The position numbers and the translations under genes are program-made. The notes under the pieces were generated by a model. The model ran no database searches. It had not been told where the DNA came from and saw only the letters and a program-made list of their open reading frames with translations. From NCBI GenBank assembly GCA_947085655.1, contig CAMTXH010000013.1:23513-87512 (forward strand): 64,000 nt of DNA, read 5' to 3'. The stretch is from an uncultured Omnitrophica bacterium (lineage in GTDB: Bacteria; Omnitrophota; Gorgyraeia; JACQQV01). This document shows positions 9,312 through 18,381 of this stretch, piece after piece. Positions within the stretch are counted from its first letter, which is position 1; each line of letters starts with the position of its first letter.

Positions 9312-11002
9312 TGTGGCCTCTTCTCGGGTGCGGGGTCGGTCTTCGGACGGATCATTATGACCTGATTACCCGCGAATGGCCCGGGATGGACTGGTTTGAG
9401 GCTGTCTCCGAGAATTTTATTGATTCTGGGGGACGGCCTCTTTCTGTTTTGGAGAAGGTCCGGGCCCGTTATCCGGTGGCCCTCCACGGCGTCTCTCTTT
9501 CCATCGGTTCGGCCGATCCGCTGGATGAAACATATCTCAAAAAATTAAAAACGCTTGCGGATCGGATCGAACCGGTCTTGGTAACGGACCACCTTTGTTG
9601 GAACGGTGTAGCGGGGGAGTGCCTGCACGATCTTCTGCCCCTTCCATTTACGGAAGAGGCGATCCGGCATGTGGTACGGCGGGTCCAAAAGGTCCAGGGG
9701 TTTCTTGGCCGGCGGATTCTCCTTGAAAATATCTCCACTTACATTACGTACAAACATTCGGAGATGCCGGAATGGGTTTTTCTTTCGGAAATTGCCCGCC
9801 GTTCCGGATGCGGCATCCTTCTTGATTTGAACAACCTCTATGTCAATTCCGTCAATCACCGTTTCGAGCCGGAGGAAACCCTCCGGAATATTCCGGGAGA
9901 ATTCGTCGGACAGTTCCATCTGGCCGGGCATACCGACAAGGGAAAATACCTTTTTGATACCCATAATAGCCGTGTGATCGAGCCGGTCTGGGAGTTGTAC
10001 CGGAAGGCCCTTTGTCAGTGGGGGGCGGTGGCTACCCTGATTGAATGGGACGAGGCGATCCCCGATTTTCCAGGTCTTTCGGAGGAGTCGAAAAAAGCGC
10101 GGGCGATTTATGAGGAAGTGACGAAAGGCAAAAAAGATGCTTTAGAAGCAGCTCCTTCCCAAAAACCGGTCATCCGCCCCCGGCCGCCGGAGGGGCCAGA
10201 TCTTGCAACGCTTCAGTGTTGGATGAAATCCCAGATTCGGCCGAGCGGCGGTGGGAAAGAAACTTTTTCCGAATCTCCCCTGAATCCGCAGGGGGGAGAC
10301 CCGGGAATAGTCCGGATGGAGGTGTACGCATCCGGGTATCTGGCGAGGATGAAAGAAGCGCTTGAAGAGGTTTATGAGGCGGTGCACCACCTGACGGGCG
10401 AGGGGGTCTTTTCACGCCTTGCAACCGACTACGCGAAACAATTTCCCTCCCGGCATTACAATTTAAGCGCGGCCGGGGTCCATTTCAGCCGTTTTTTGGA
10501 GATGGCGGAAATCACCGAAAAGCTTCCCTTTCTGCCGGATCTTGTACGGCTTGAGTGGAAGGTGAATCAGGCCTTTCACGCTTTTGAAAAACCGCCCCTC
10601 TCACCGGAGATCTTTCAATCCGTTCCGGAGGAAAAGTGGGATGACTTGGTTTTTGAGTTTCAACCCTCCGTCGGCATCGTCTCCTCCGGGTGGCCTATTC
10701 TGGACCTTTGGCAGGCGCGGAAAACTCCTCGCAAGGAAATCGATATCCAGGTCGTGGACCGCCCCCAGACAGTGCTTATTTTCCGGAAGGGTTTTCAGGT
10801 CCGGTGCGAAAATCTTGAAAGAGGAGAGGCCGCGCTTCTTGAGGGGCTTCTTGCCGGCCGAAGCCTCGGCGATGTCTGCGGTTCGCTTGCCGACTTTTCA
10901 AAAGATCTGTTGCCCGATCTCACCGGAACTTTCCGCAATTGGATGCAAAAAGGCCTTCTGATATGTTACAATGCAGGTAGGATTGGGCACGATGCAAAAT
11001 AG
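9311..11002 (+). CDS. MNIO (DUF692) fused to a DUF2063-type partner domain
   Basis: GVGLR, ALHGVSLSIG, DHLCW, LENI, LDLNN, HLAGH, DTH, EWD; after a Pro-rich linker, VYASGY, DLVRLEW and WPILDLWQA of the partner family. Confidence 0.9.
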   Translation: MWPLLGCGVGLRTDHYDLITREWPGMDWFEAVSENFIDSGGRPLSVLEKVRARYPVALHGVSLSIGSADPLDETYLKKLKTLADRIEPVLVTDHLCWNGVAGECLHDLLPLPFTEEAIRHVVRRVQKVQGFLGRRILLENISTYITYKHSEMPEWVFLSEIARRSGCGILLDLNNLYVNSVNHRFEPEETLRNIPGEFVGQFHLAGHTDKGKYLFDTHNSRVIEPVWELYRKALCQWGAVATLIEWDEAIPDFPGLSEESKKARAIYEEVTKGKKDALEAAPSQKPVIRPRPPEGPDLATLQCWMKSQIRPSGGGKETFSESPLNPQGGDPGIVRMEVYASGYLARMKEALEEVYEAVHHLTGEGVFSRLATDYAKQFPSRHYNLSAAGVHFSRFLEMAEITEKLPFLPDLVRLEWKVNQAFHAFEKPPLSPEIFQSVPEEKWDDLVFEFQPSVGIVSSGWPILDLWQARKTPRKEIDIQVVDRPQTVLIFRKGFQVRCENLERGEAALLEGLLAGRSLGDVCGSLADFSKDLLPDLTGTFRNWMQKGLLICYNAGRIGHDAK

Positions 11003-12464
11003 AGAATCACTGCAAGCCATTATCAGAGAAAGAGTCAGCAACGAGCTCTTTGTCGTTGTTTCAAACCGCGAACCCTATATCCATCAATTTAAAGGGGAGG
11101 AGATTGTCTGTCAGGAGGCGACCAGCGGACTGATCACCGCACTCGACCCGGTGATGCAGGCCTCAAGCGGTATCTGGATCGCGCACGGAAGCGGGGATGC
11201 GGATCAAAAGGTGGTCGATCAAAAAAATCATGTCCGGGTGCCGCCAGAAAACCCCTCTTACACCCTTCGCCGTGTCTGGCTCACCAAAGAAGAGGAGGAC
11301 GGCTACTATTACGGCTTTTCGAATGAAGCCCTCTGGCCCCTTTGCCATGTGGCCTATACCCGTCCGGTTTTTAACGATGCGGATTGGAAAACGTACTGTG
11401 CCGTCAATCAGAAATTTGCGGATGCGATTCTTGAAGAAGTGGGAAGCCGGAAGGCCTTTGTCTTTATCCAGGATTATCACTTCACGCAACTGGCGCGACT
11501 CCTCAAGCGGCCGAATATCCGGACCGCGCATTTCTGGCACATCCCCTGGCCGAATCCCGAGGTTTTCCGGATTTGCCCCTGGGCGACCGAAATCCTCGAC
11601 GGGCTTTTAGGAAACGACCTCCTCGGTTTCCACACGCGGCTTCACTGCCAAAATTTTCTGGACAATGTCTGGACGATGCTCAAGGCAAAGGTAGATTATG
11701 AGCGGTTTGAGATCAGCCGGGATGGAGCCACCACATCGGTCCGTCCCTTCCCGATCAGCATCGATTTTGAAGCGACCTCCGAGGACGCCCGGAGCGCCGA
11801 GGTGGAAACGGAGATGGAAAACCTCCGGAAAAAATACGGGCTTCGGAATATGTTGATCGGGCTCGGGGTGGACCGGGTTGACTATACGAAAGGGATTCCG
11901 GACCAATTCCGGGCGCTGGACCGGTTTCTGGAGCGGTATCCGGAGTATCAGGGGCGGGTGATGATGGTGGAAATCGGCGTTTCCAGCCGGGCGCGAATCC
12001 CGACGTATCAGAGAGTGAACGACGAAATCGACCAGATTGTGGAAGAGGTCAACTGGAAATATCAGAAGGGGGGATGGAAGCCGATTCTCTATCTGAAGGA
12101 AAGGGCTCCGGCGACAACACTGCACGCCTGGTACCGGCTGGCAAACTTCTGCGTGGTCAGTTCCCTGCACGATGGAATGAATCTGGTGGCCAAGGAGTAC
12201 GTTGCTTCCCGCAATCAGGAGGACGGCGTTCTTCTCCTCAGCCGCTTTACGGGGAGCGCCCGCGAACTGACCGACGCCATTTTGATTAATCCCTATGCCA
12301 TCGACCATATGGCGGAGGCCTACCGCGAAGCCCTGACCATGCCGCTGAAGGAGCAAAAAAATCGGATGCGGCAACTCCGCGCGCATGTGCAGGATCACAA
12401 TATCTACCGGTGGGCCGCTCAGGTCCTCTCATCCCTCTTTCAGTTTGAATTTGCGGAGAAATGA
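10992..12464 (+). CDS. otsA: trehalose-6-phosphate synthase
   Basis: VVSNREP, QDYH, HIPWP, DRVDYTKG, DGMNLVAKEY. Confidence 0.93.
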   Translation: MQNRESLQAIIRERVSNELFVVVSNREPYIHQFKGEEIVCQEATSGLITALDPVMQASSGIWIAHGSGDADQKVVDQKNHVRVPPENPSYTLRRVWLTKEEEDGYYYGFSNEALWPLCHVAYTRPVFNDADWKTYCAVNQKFADAILEEVGSRKAFVFIQDYHFTQLARLLKRPNIRTAHFWHIPWPNPEVFRICPWATEILDGLLGNDLLGFHTRLHCQNFLDNVWTMLKAKVDYERFEISRDGATTSVRPFPISIDFEATSEDARSAEVETEMENLRKKYGLRNMLIGLGVDRVDYTKGIPDQFRALDRFLERYPEYQGRVMMVEIGVSSRARIPTYQRVNDEIDQIVEEVNWKYQKGGWKPILYLKERAPATTLHAWYRLANFCVVSSLHDGMNLVAKEYVASRNQEDGVLLLSRFTGSARELTDAILINPYAIDHMAEAYREALTMPLKEQKNRMRQLRAHVQDHNIYRWAAQVLSSLFQFEFAEK

Positions 12465-12467
12465 TTT

Positions 12468-13265
12468 TTGAAGCATCCCCCGAAATTTTTCCTTTTCGCC
12501 GATTATGACGGAACCCTCACCCCGATTGTCTCCCACGCCAAAAAAGCGCGCCTTTCCAAAAAATTACGGCGCCTTTTAAAAAAACTTTCCCGAAAGCCGG
12601 GATGCATCCTCGGGATTGTGAGCGGCCGCGCGCTCCCGGAACTGAAGCGCTTCGTCGGAGTCCCCGGCCTTGTCTATATCGGAAACCACGGATTTGAACT
12701 TGAGTCCAGCCGGTTTTCCTTCGTTCATCCTTCCGCACGCCGCGCACGCCCCCTCATGGAACGGATTGCCGATACCTTGGAGGAGTCTCTCAAAGAGTTC
12801 CGGGGGGCATGGGTGGAGCGGAAGGGATGGACGGTGAGCGTTCACTGGCGGGGCGTTTCTCCGCGGAAGCAAAGCCGTTGCCGGCGCCGGATTCTGGTCG
12901 CTGTGGCCTCCGCCCGCAGAGCGCACAAAATCCGTCTGACGCATGGGAAATGCGTCACAGAAATCCGTCCACCGGTCCTTTGGAATAAAGGGACGATGAT
13001 TGAATGGGCGGTGAAACGGCTTGCGGGAAGAAACAGGCGTTTTGGGTCATGTTATCTGGGGGATGACCGGACGGATGAAGATGCGTTCCGGGTCGTCAAT
13101 CGTCTCGGGGGGATTTCCATTTTTGTTGGAAAAGACAAGAAACATTCCCGGGCGTGTTATTCTTTGAAGAATCCCAACGACGTCCAAGTGTTTTTTAAGC
13201 ATCTTCTCGATGATTTACCCGTCGCCGAGGCCGTTTGTCAAGGCGGCGGCGTTCTGTTACCATAG
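12468..13265 (+). CDS. otsB: trehalose-6-phosphate phosphatase
   Basis: DYDGTL, SGR, GNHG, GDDRTDEDAF. Confidence 0.93.
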   Translation: MKHPPKFFLFADYDGTLTPIVSHAKKARLSKKLRRLLKKLSRKPGCILGIVSGRALPELKRFVGVPGLVYIGNHGFELESSRFSFVHPSARRARPLMERIADTLEESLKEFRGAWVERKGWTVSVHWRGVSPRKQSRCRRRILVAVASARRAHKIRLTHGKCVTEIRPPVLWNKGTMIEWAVKRLAGRNRRFGSCYLGDDRTDEDAFRVVNRLGGISIFVGKDKKHSRACYSLKNPNDVQVFFKHLLDDLPVAEAVCQGGGVLLP

Positions 13266-13289
13266 AAGAAGCGGACGAGGAAGGAGCCT

Positions 13290-13691
13290 ATGACAGCGAA
13301 GGAAAGATTGCTGAATGTGGGGCTATTGTGGCTTCGGGTGCTGGTGGGACTCGGAATCGCATCCCACGGCTACCAGAAAATTTTCGGCGGGCAGTTGAGT
13401 TTGTTAATCAACAGCGTGACGGAAATGGGGTTTCCCCAGCCGGTCCTCCTTGGCTGGGCAGCGGCTCTCTCGGAATTTGCCGGAGGGATTCTGATCGTGC
13501 TCGGGCTTGGCACCCGTGTCGCCGCCTGCTTTGTCTTTGCCACGATGAGCGTTGCCGCATTTATCGCGCATGCTTCGGATCCTTTCCAAGTAAAGGAGTT
13601 GGCTCTCGCCTATTGGACGATGGCCGGCTTTTTGATTTTAAGCGGAGGAGGCATATTTTCGTTGGATGCGAAGTGCTTCCGGGAGGGATAA
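13290..13691 (+). CDS. DoxX family membrane protein
   Basis: LRVLVG...HGYQK, EFAGG..LGLGTR, GGGIFSLD. Confidence 0.9.
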   Translation: MTAKERLLNVGLLWLRVLVGLGIASHGYQKIFGGQLSLLINSVTEMGFPQPVLLGWAAALSEFAGGILIVLGLGTRVAACFVFATMSVAAFIAHASDPFQVKELALAYWTMAGFLILSGGGIFSLDAKCFREG

Positions 13692-13850
13692 ATGGTCGGC
13701 GTGATCATGGGGATCGTCGTATTGACGATGGTGGTCTTGGCTTTTACACTGGATCCGCAGGTCAAGCGCTGCGAACATTGCGAGGGTCCGGTCACGCTGA
13801 AGGAATTCTGGTCGCATTTTAAGAGGTGTTCTGAAACCAAAAAGAAATGA
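13692..13850 (+). CDS. 52-aa membrane-anchored C2HC zinc-finger microprotein (not in ORF track)
   Basis: MVGVIMGIVVLTMVVLAFTLDPQVKRCEHCEGPVTLKEFWSHFKRCSETKKK; starts right after the doxX stop and overlaps the sigma gene by ATGA. Confidence 0.7.
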   Translation: MVGVIMGIVVLTMVVLAFTLDPQVKRCEHCEGPVTLKEFWSHFKRCSETKKK

Positions 13851-13859
13851 ACCGCATCT
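13831..13859 (+). promoter_or_regulatory. candidate ECF-sigma promoter at the start of the sigma gene
   Basis: CTGAAACC-N13-CCGCATCT, matching 8351-8378. Confidence 0.55.
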
Positions 13860-14470
13860 CAACAGGAGACCAAGCACTGATTCGCCGGCTGAAAGTGCGT
13901 GACGAAACGGCGGTGGGGGAGCTCATGACCCAGTATCACGCGAAGGTGATGGGCCTCGCCCTCCGGCTCACCGGCAATCGTCAGGACGCGGAAGAAGTGC
14001 TCCAGGACGTTTTTTGGACGGTGGTTCAAAAAATCGGGGGCTTCCGGGAAGAGTCGAGTCTTTCCACTTGGATTTACAGGATTGCCACGAATGTCGCATT
14101 GATGAAACTCCGCAAACGCCCCAAAATCGAGGAACTTCCCCTTGACGAAGAACTCGGCCCCAAGATAACCGGAGAAGGGATGATTGCCGAGACGGTGACG
14201 GATTGGTCCAATCTTCCGGATGGTGCCGCATCCCGCAAGGAATGGATGCAGCATCTGGAGGAGGCGGTCCGGAGACTCCCTCCGGAATACCGGACTGTTT
14301 TTGTCCTTCGGGATGTGGAAGGACTCTCTGCCGAAGAAGCATGCAAGATCCTGAATCTTTCTATTCCGGCCCTGAAAAGCCGGCTGCACCGGGCGCGGCT
14401 TTTCCTTCGAAAGGAGATGGCGGATGTGGCGGAGACCCGGCCGATCGGAATGAGGTCACCCCATGCTTAA
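13847..14470 (+). CDS. ECF RNA polymerase sigma factor
   Basis: DAEEVLQDVF, STWIYRIATN, region 4 KSRLHRAR. Confidence 0.93.
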   Translation: MNRISTGDQALIRRLKVRDETAVGELMTQYHAKVMGLALRLTGNRQDAEEVLQDVFWTVVQKIGGFREESSLSTWIYRIATNVALMKLRKRPKIEELPLDEELGPKITGEGMIAETVTDWSNLPDGAASRKEWMQHLEEAVRRLPPEYRTVFVLRDVEGLSAEEACKILNLSIPALKSRLHRARLFLRKEMADVAETRPIGMRSPHA

Positions 14471-14750
14471 ATGCAGGGACATCAACGGATTGCTTCATGA
14501 TTATGCGGAAGGGCTCTTGGAGCTCTCCGTTCACAAAGAGCTGGACCGGCATCTTTCGGATTGCCCCGGCTGTCTCGCTTTTGTGAAGACCTATAAAGAA
14601 ACCATCCGCCTTTCGAAAGACCTTCGCACCGGGGAGATGCCTCCCGAACTTCAAGAGAAGCTCGAGAGTTTCCTCAAAGCCAAACTCGCTGAAAAACCCA
14701 AAACCCTCTGGGACCGGCTCCGCTCCCGCTTCGGCCGGGGCTGTTGTTAG
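14463..14750 (+). CDS. soluble zf-HC2 anti-sigma factor
   Basis: N-terminal Cys plus HLSDCPGC (HxxxCxxC); no transmembrane helix; ends in GCC. Confidence 0.88.
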   Translation: MLKCRDINGLLHDYAEGLLELSVHKELDRHLSDCPGCLAFVKTYKETIRLSKDLRTGEMPPELQEKLESFLKAKLAEKPKTLWDRLRSRFGRGCC

Positions 14751-14790
14751 AGTTTCCCTTGAGCCGGGGCCGTAAACGGCCTATAATGGA

Positions 14791-15876
14791 ATGGAGATGA
14801 ATAAAGAACTTTTTCAGGAATTTCTTGCAAAAGAAGTCTTCGGAAACACCGCTCAGGCCTACCTGGTCTCGCTCTGTGTCTTTTTCGGTTTCCTGGTGGG
14901 ACTCCGGATCTTCAAGGTGATGGTGATTCACCGGCTCCGCCAATATGCCAAGACCACGACCAGCGATATTGACGATTTCCTCGTCCAACTTCTTGACCAG
15001 ATCAGTCCCCTTGTCTATTTTTTCCTGCCGCTTTACGTAGCAACCCGCTCCCTGACTCTGAATCAGAGTCTTGCAGGCATTCTCCATACCGCTTTTGTGA
15101 TTGTCCTCACCGTCAAAGCCATTCATGTCCTCCAGGCGGTCTCCACCTTTTTCCTGAACCGGTGGGCTTCTAAAACCGAGGAAGACGACCTGACCAATGC
15201 GATGGTGGTCCGGAATGTGAGCAAGGTGCTGAACATCGTCCTTTGGGTCGTCGGCATTATCTTCATCTTGGACAACGTCGGTGTGAATATCGCCTCGATC
15301 GTTGCGGGCCTTGGGGTCGGCGGGATCGCGGTGGCGCTTGCCGCCCAGTCCATCCTGGGGGATGCCTTCAGCGGGTTTCTGATTTTTGTGGACAAGCCCT
15401 TCAAGGCGGGGGATTTTATCATCGTCGGGGATCTTCTCGGGACAGTGGAGCATATCGGTTTCAAGACGACCCGGATCCGGAGTCTTCACGGAGAGCAGCT
15501 GATTTTCTCCAATACCGATTTGACCTCCAGCCGGATCCGAAACTACAAGCGGATGGAGACCCGCCGGATCCTCTTCAAAATCGGGGTGATCTACCAGACG
15601 CCGCTCGAAAAACTTAAGACAATCCCAAAAATGATTGAAAACATTGTCCAGGAAAACAAACTGGCCAAGTTCGACCGGGCCCATTTCCAGAGTTACGGCG
15701 ATTTCGCCCTGATTTACGAAATCGTCTATTACGTGCTGACGGCGGACTACAATCAATACATGGATGTCCAGCATTTCATCAATGTCCGGATCAAGGAGGA
15801 GTTCGAAAAGGCGGGAATCGAATTTGCCTACCCGACCCAACAACTTTTTGTCACCCAGGTGGGATCGCCTCAGTGA
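14791..15876 (+). CDS. mscS: small-conductance mechanosensitive channel
   Basis: GLGVGGIAVALAAQ, DKPFKAGD, IEFAYP. Confidence 0.93.
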   Translation: MEMNKELFQEFLAKEVFGNTAQAYLVSLCVFFGFLVGLRIFKVMVIHRLRQYAKTTTSDIDDFLVQLLDQISPLVYFFLPLYVATRSLTLNQSLAGILHTAFVIVLTVKAIHVLQAVSTFFLNRWASKTEEDDLTNAMVVRNVSKVLNIVLWVVGIIFILDNVGVNIASIVAGLGVGGIAVALAAQSILGDAFSGFLIFVDKPFKAGDFIIVGDLLGTVEHIGFKTTRIRSLHGEQLIFSNTDLTSSRIRNYKRMETRRILFKIGVIYQTPLEKLKTIPKMIENIVQENKLAKFDRAHFQSYGDFALIYEIVYYVLTADYNQYMDVQHFINVRIKEEFEKAGIEFAYPTQQLFVTQVGSPQ

Positions 15877-17552
15877 GTCTCTTCTGGGTTGCGATTCTGG
15901 CCTTGGGCCTTTTTGTCGCGGCCTATTTCCTTTACGGCCGTCTCGTTTCCCGGCTATTCGAGTTATCTCCCGAAAGAACCACCCCCGCCCACCAGATGCG
16001 CGACGGAATGGACTATGTTCCGGCGAAAGCGCCCCTCCTTTTGGGTCAGCACTTTTCCGCCATTGCGGCCGCAGGCCCGATTGTCGGGCCGATTTTGGCG
16101 GGACTTTGGTTCGGGTGGCTTCCGGCGCTTCTCTGGATCGTCCTCGGAGCCATTTTTTTCGGGGCGGTGCATGATTTCTCAAGTCTCGTCGGTTCCATCC
16201 GGCATCAGGCCCGCTCCATCGTGGAGATTGTGCGGGATCACCTCGGGCGGAGAGCGCACCTCTTTTTCATGGGATTTGTGTGGCTTTCGTTGGTCTATGT
16301 CATCATCGCCTTTACCGATTTAACCAGCAGTTCCTTTGCGGGGGTCGGATACGGCGGAGGGATTGCGACGTCGTCGCTCTTGTATCTTTTCGTCGCGGTG
16401 GCGATGGGGATCGCCCTCTATCGGTTCCGGATGCCGCTTTGGGTTGCGACACTCCTCTTTGTTCCTGTCGTCGGTGGCGTCATCTGGTTCGGACAGAAAG
16501 TGCCGATCGTTCTTCCTGAGGGGGGAGCGATCCGGCCGCAACTGGTATGGAACGGGATCATCCTCTCGTATTGTTTTATTGCCTCCATTATTCCGATGTG
16601 GATTCTCCTTCAGCCCCGCGGATACCTCGGCGGTTTTTTTCTTTATATTACTTTGGCCGGCGGCGTCGTCGGCCTTTTTTTGGGAGGGGATACCATTCAG
16701 TACCCCGCTTTTCTCGGATGGACGAGCCAGCGGGGATTTCCGCTCTTCCCGATGCTCTTTGTGACAGTGGCCTGCGGTGCCTGTTCCGGATTCCACGGGA
16801 TTGTCTCTTCCGGCACCACCTCCAAACAGATCGACGGGGAGCCGGACTGCCGTCTGGTCGGATACGGCGGGATGCTTCTTGAGGGACTGGTGGCGGTCAT
16901 TGCCCTTGCCACCGTGATGGTGCTTGCGCCGGGCGATCCGTTGACCCGGCAGTCCCCGGATCGGATTTATGCCAGCGGCCTCAGTCACTTTGTAGAGCGA
17001 TTCGGCATCCACCGCGAATTTGCCATGGCCTTTGTCCTTTTGGCCTTTGCCACCTTTATCTATGACACGCTCGATGTGGCGACCCGGCTGGGCCGCTATC
17101 TTTTTCAGGAACTGACCGGATGGAAGGGGAGAAGCGGCAGAATCGGCGCAACGCTCTGCACCCTGGCGCTTCCCGCCTTTTGCGTGAGTCTGACGGTCAA
17201 AGATTCCTCCGGCAACATCATTCCCGCCTGGAAAATCTTCTGGACAATTTTCGGAACTTCCAACCAGCTCCTTGCAGCCCTGACGCTCCTCACGGTCACG
17301 GTCTGGCTCAAGCGGAGCGGGAAACCTTGGTGGATCAGTGCCGTCCCGGCTTGCTTCATGCTGACGATGACGCTCTGGTCGCTTCTGTTTCTGATGTGGC
17401 CGTGGCTTTCCACTGTTGTTCAAGAAGGGCGGTGGACGGTCGACTGGGTCGCCCTGATCGCCTTTGTCCTCTTTGGTCTTGCGCTTTTAGTCATGATCGA
17501 AGCGCTCAAGACCTTTTCGCATCTCATTCCCTCCTCCCGCCCCGCTCCTTAA
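15873..17552 (+). CDS. cstA: carbon starvation protein A family transporter
   Basis: TPAH..DGMDYVP, HFSAIAAAGPIVGP, ACGACSGFH, FGTSNQLLA. Confidence 0.93.
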   Translation: MSLFWVAILALGLFVAAYFLYGRLVSRLFELSPERTTPAHQMRDGMDYVPAKAPLLLGQHFSAIAAAGPIVGPILAGLWFGWLPALLWIVLGAIFFGAVHDFSSLVGSIRHQARSIVEIVRDHLGRRAHLFFMGFVWLSLVYVIIAFTDLTSSSFAGVGYGGGIATSSLLYLFVAVAMGIALYRFRMPLWVATLLFVPVVGGVIWFGQKVPIVLPEGGAIRPQLVWNGIILSYCFIASIIPMWILLQPRGYLGGFFLYITLAGGVVGLFLGGDTIQYPAFLGWTSQRGFPLFPMLFVTVACGACSGFHGIVSSGTTSKQIDGEPDCRLVGYGGMLLEGLVAVIALATVMVLAPGDPLTRQSPDRIYASGLSHFVERFGIHREFAMAFVLLAFATFIYDTLDVATRLGRYLFQELTGWKGRSGRIGATLCTLALPAFCVSLTVKDSSGNIIPAWKIFWTIFGTSNQLLAALTLLTVTVWLKRSGKPWWISAVPACFMLTMTLWSLLFLMWPWLSTVVQEGRWTVDWVALIAFVLFGLALLVMIEALKTFSHLIPSSRPAP

Positions 17553-17666
17553 AAAAGCGCATGAAACCCCCTGACATTCGGAAAGATTTCTCCCTCCGAC
17601 CGCGCCCAATATATTGCCACTGTCGAAAAGGTCGTGAAGATTTTCTCGGAGAAAAAGTCCTTATGA

Positions 17667-17965
17667 ATGAATTTCTGGAAACGCTTCTGTCTCACACTGA
17701 TATTTATTGCACTCGGCCCCCTTTTTCTGGCGGAAGGGAATGAGCCGCTCACGCTTTCCGACTGCTATAGGCTGACGCTCCGGCAGAGTGAAAAGGTGGC
17801 CCTTCAAAAAGAATTGATCGAGGAGCCGAGACGCGCGTTCCGATGGCCATTGCGGTGATCGGAGGGATAGCGCTCTCAACCCTCCTCACGCTTTTCGTCG
17901 TCCCCTGCGCCTACAGTCTCCTTGCAAAATTCGAGCATAAACACTATACTCCGGTTAAAAGCTGA
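17667..17965 (+). pseudogene. deletion scar: TolC-like 5' end joined to the 3' end of an AcrB-type RND gene
   Basis: Signal peptide + PLTLSDCYRLTLRQSE (TolC-like), then from about 17822 in another frame GAETRVPMAIAVIGGIALSTLLTLFVVPCAYSLL-stop (RND last helix). Confidence 0.8.
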
Positions 17966-18044
17966 AGGAGATTAAAGGAAAAAAAGTGGGCAAAAAAGAA
18001 GTGTGTTGTTTTAGAGGGAGAGAGCGCCGGTGAGAAACGTCAGG

Positions 18045-18272
18045 TTAGGTCTTGCCCGCTTTAACAAGTTTTTCTGCCTGGAGCCAGTCCTCGAGATCGT
18101 AGCCGTCGATACGGCCTCTTTTCTCGTACAGTTCGTACGCCTTTTTCTGGATCTCTTCCTGAGAGACCTTTCGGAAGGCGGGTTTTTGAGGGGTGGAGAT
18201 CATCTCGAAGAACCCTTTCGTGGACGGACCCTGTCGGGTGTTTTTTGACCGTTTGTTCATACGGGTCAACAT
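18045..18272 (-). CDS. DUF2934 domain protein
   Basis: IQKKAYELYEKRGRIDGYDLEDWLQAE; RBS AAGGAG. Confidence 0.85.
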   Translation of the reverse strand: MLTRMNKRSKNTRQGPSTKGFFEMISTPQKPAFRKVSQEEIQKKAYELYEKRGRIDGYDLEDWLQAEKLVKAGKT

Positions 18273-18381
18273 CGTATCTCCTTTATTTCAAACCGGATAC
18301 CTAAAGGGGGCTTTCACTTCGAAAGGCAAACCCTTTTCGGCCTATCCGGAAATAGTTTATCCGAAAAAAGGGAAATGTCAA

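Noticed and set aside
14674-16182. Long antisense ORFs (also 2305-3483, 16320-17423, 18968-20293)
   Set aside because: Shadows of well-supported + strand genes, no recognisable motifs
18321-18380. GGCAAACC resembling a c-di-GMP-I riboswitch
   Set aside because: The following GACGCAAAGC element and second stem are missing
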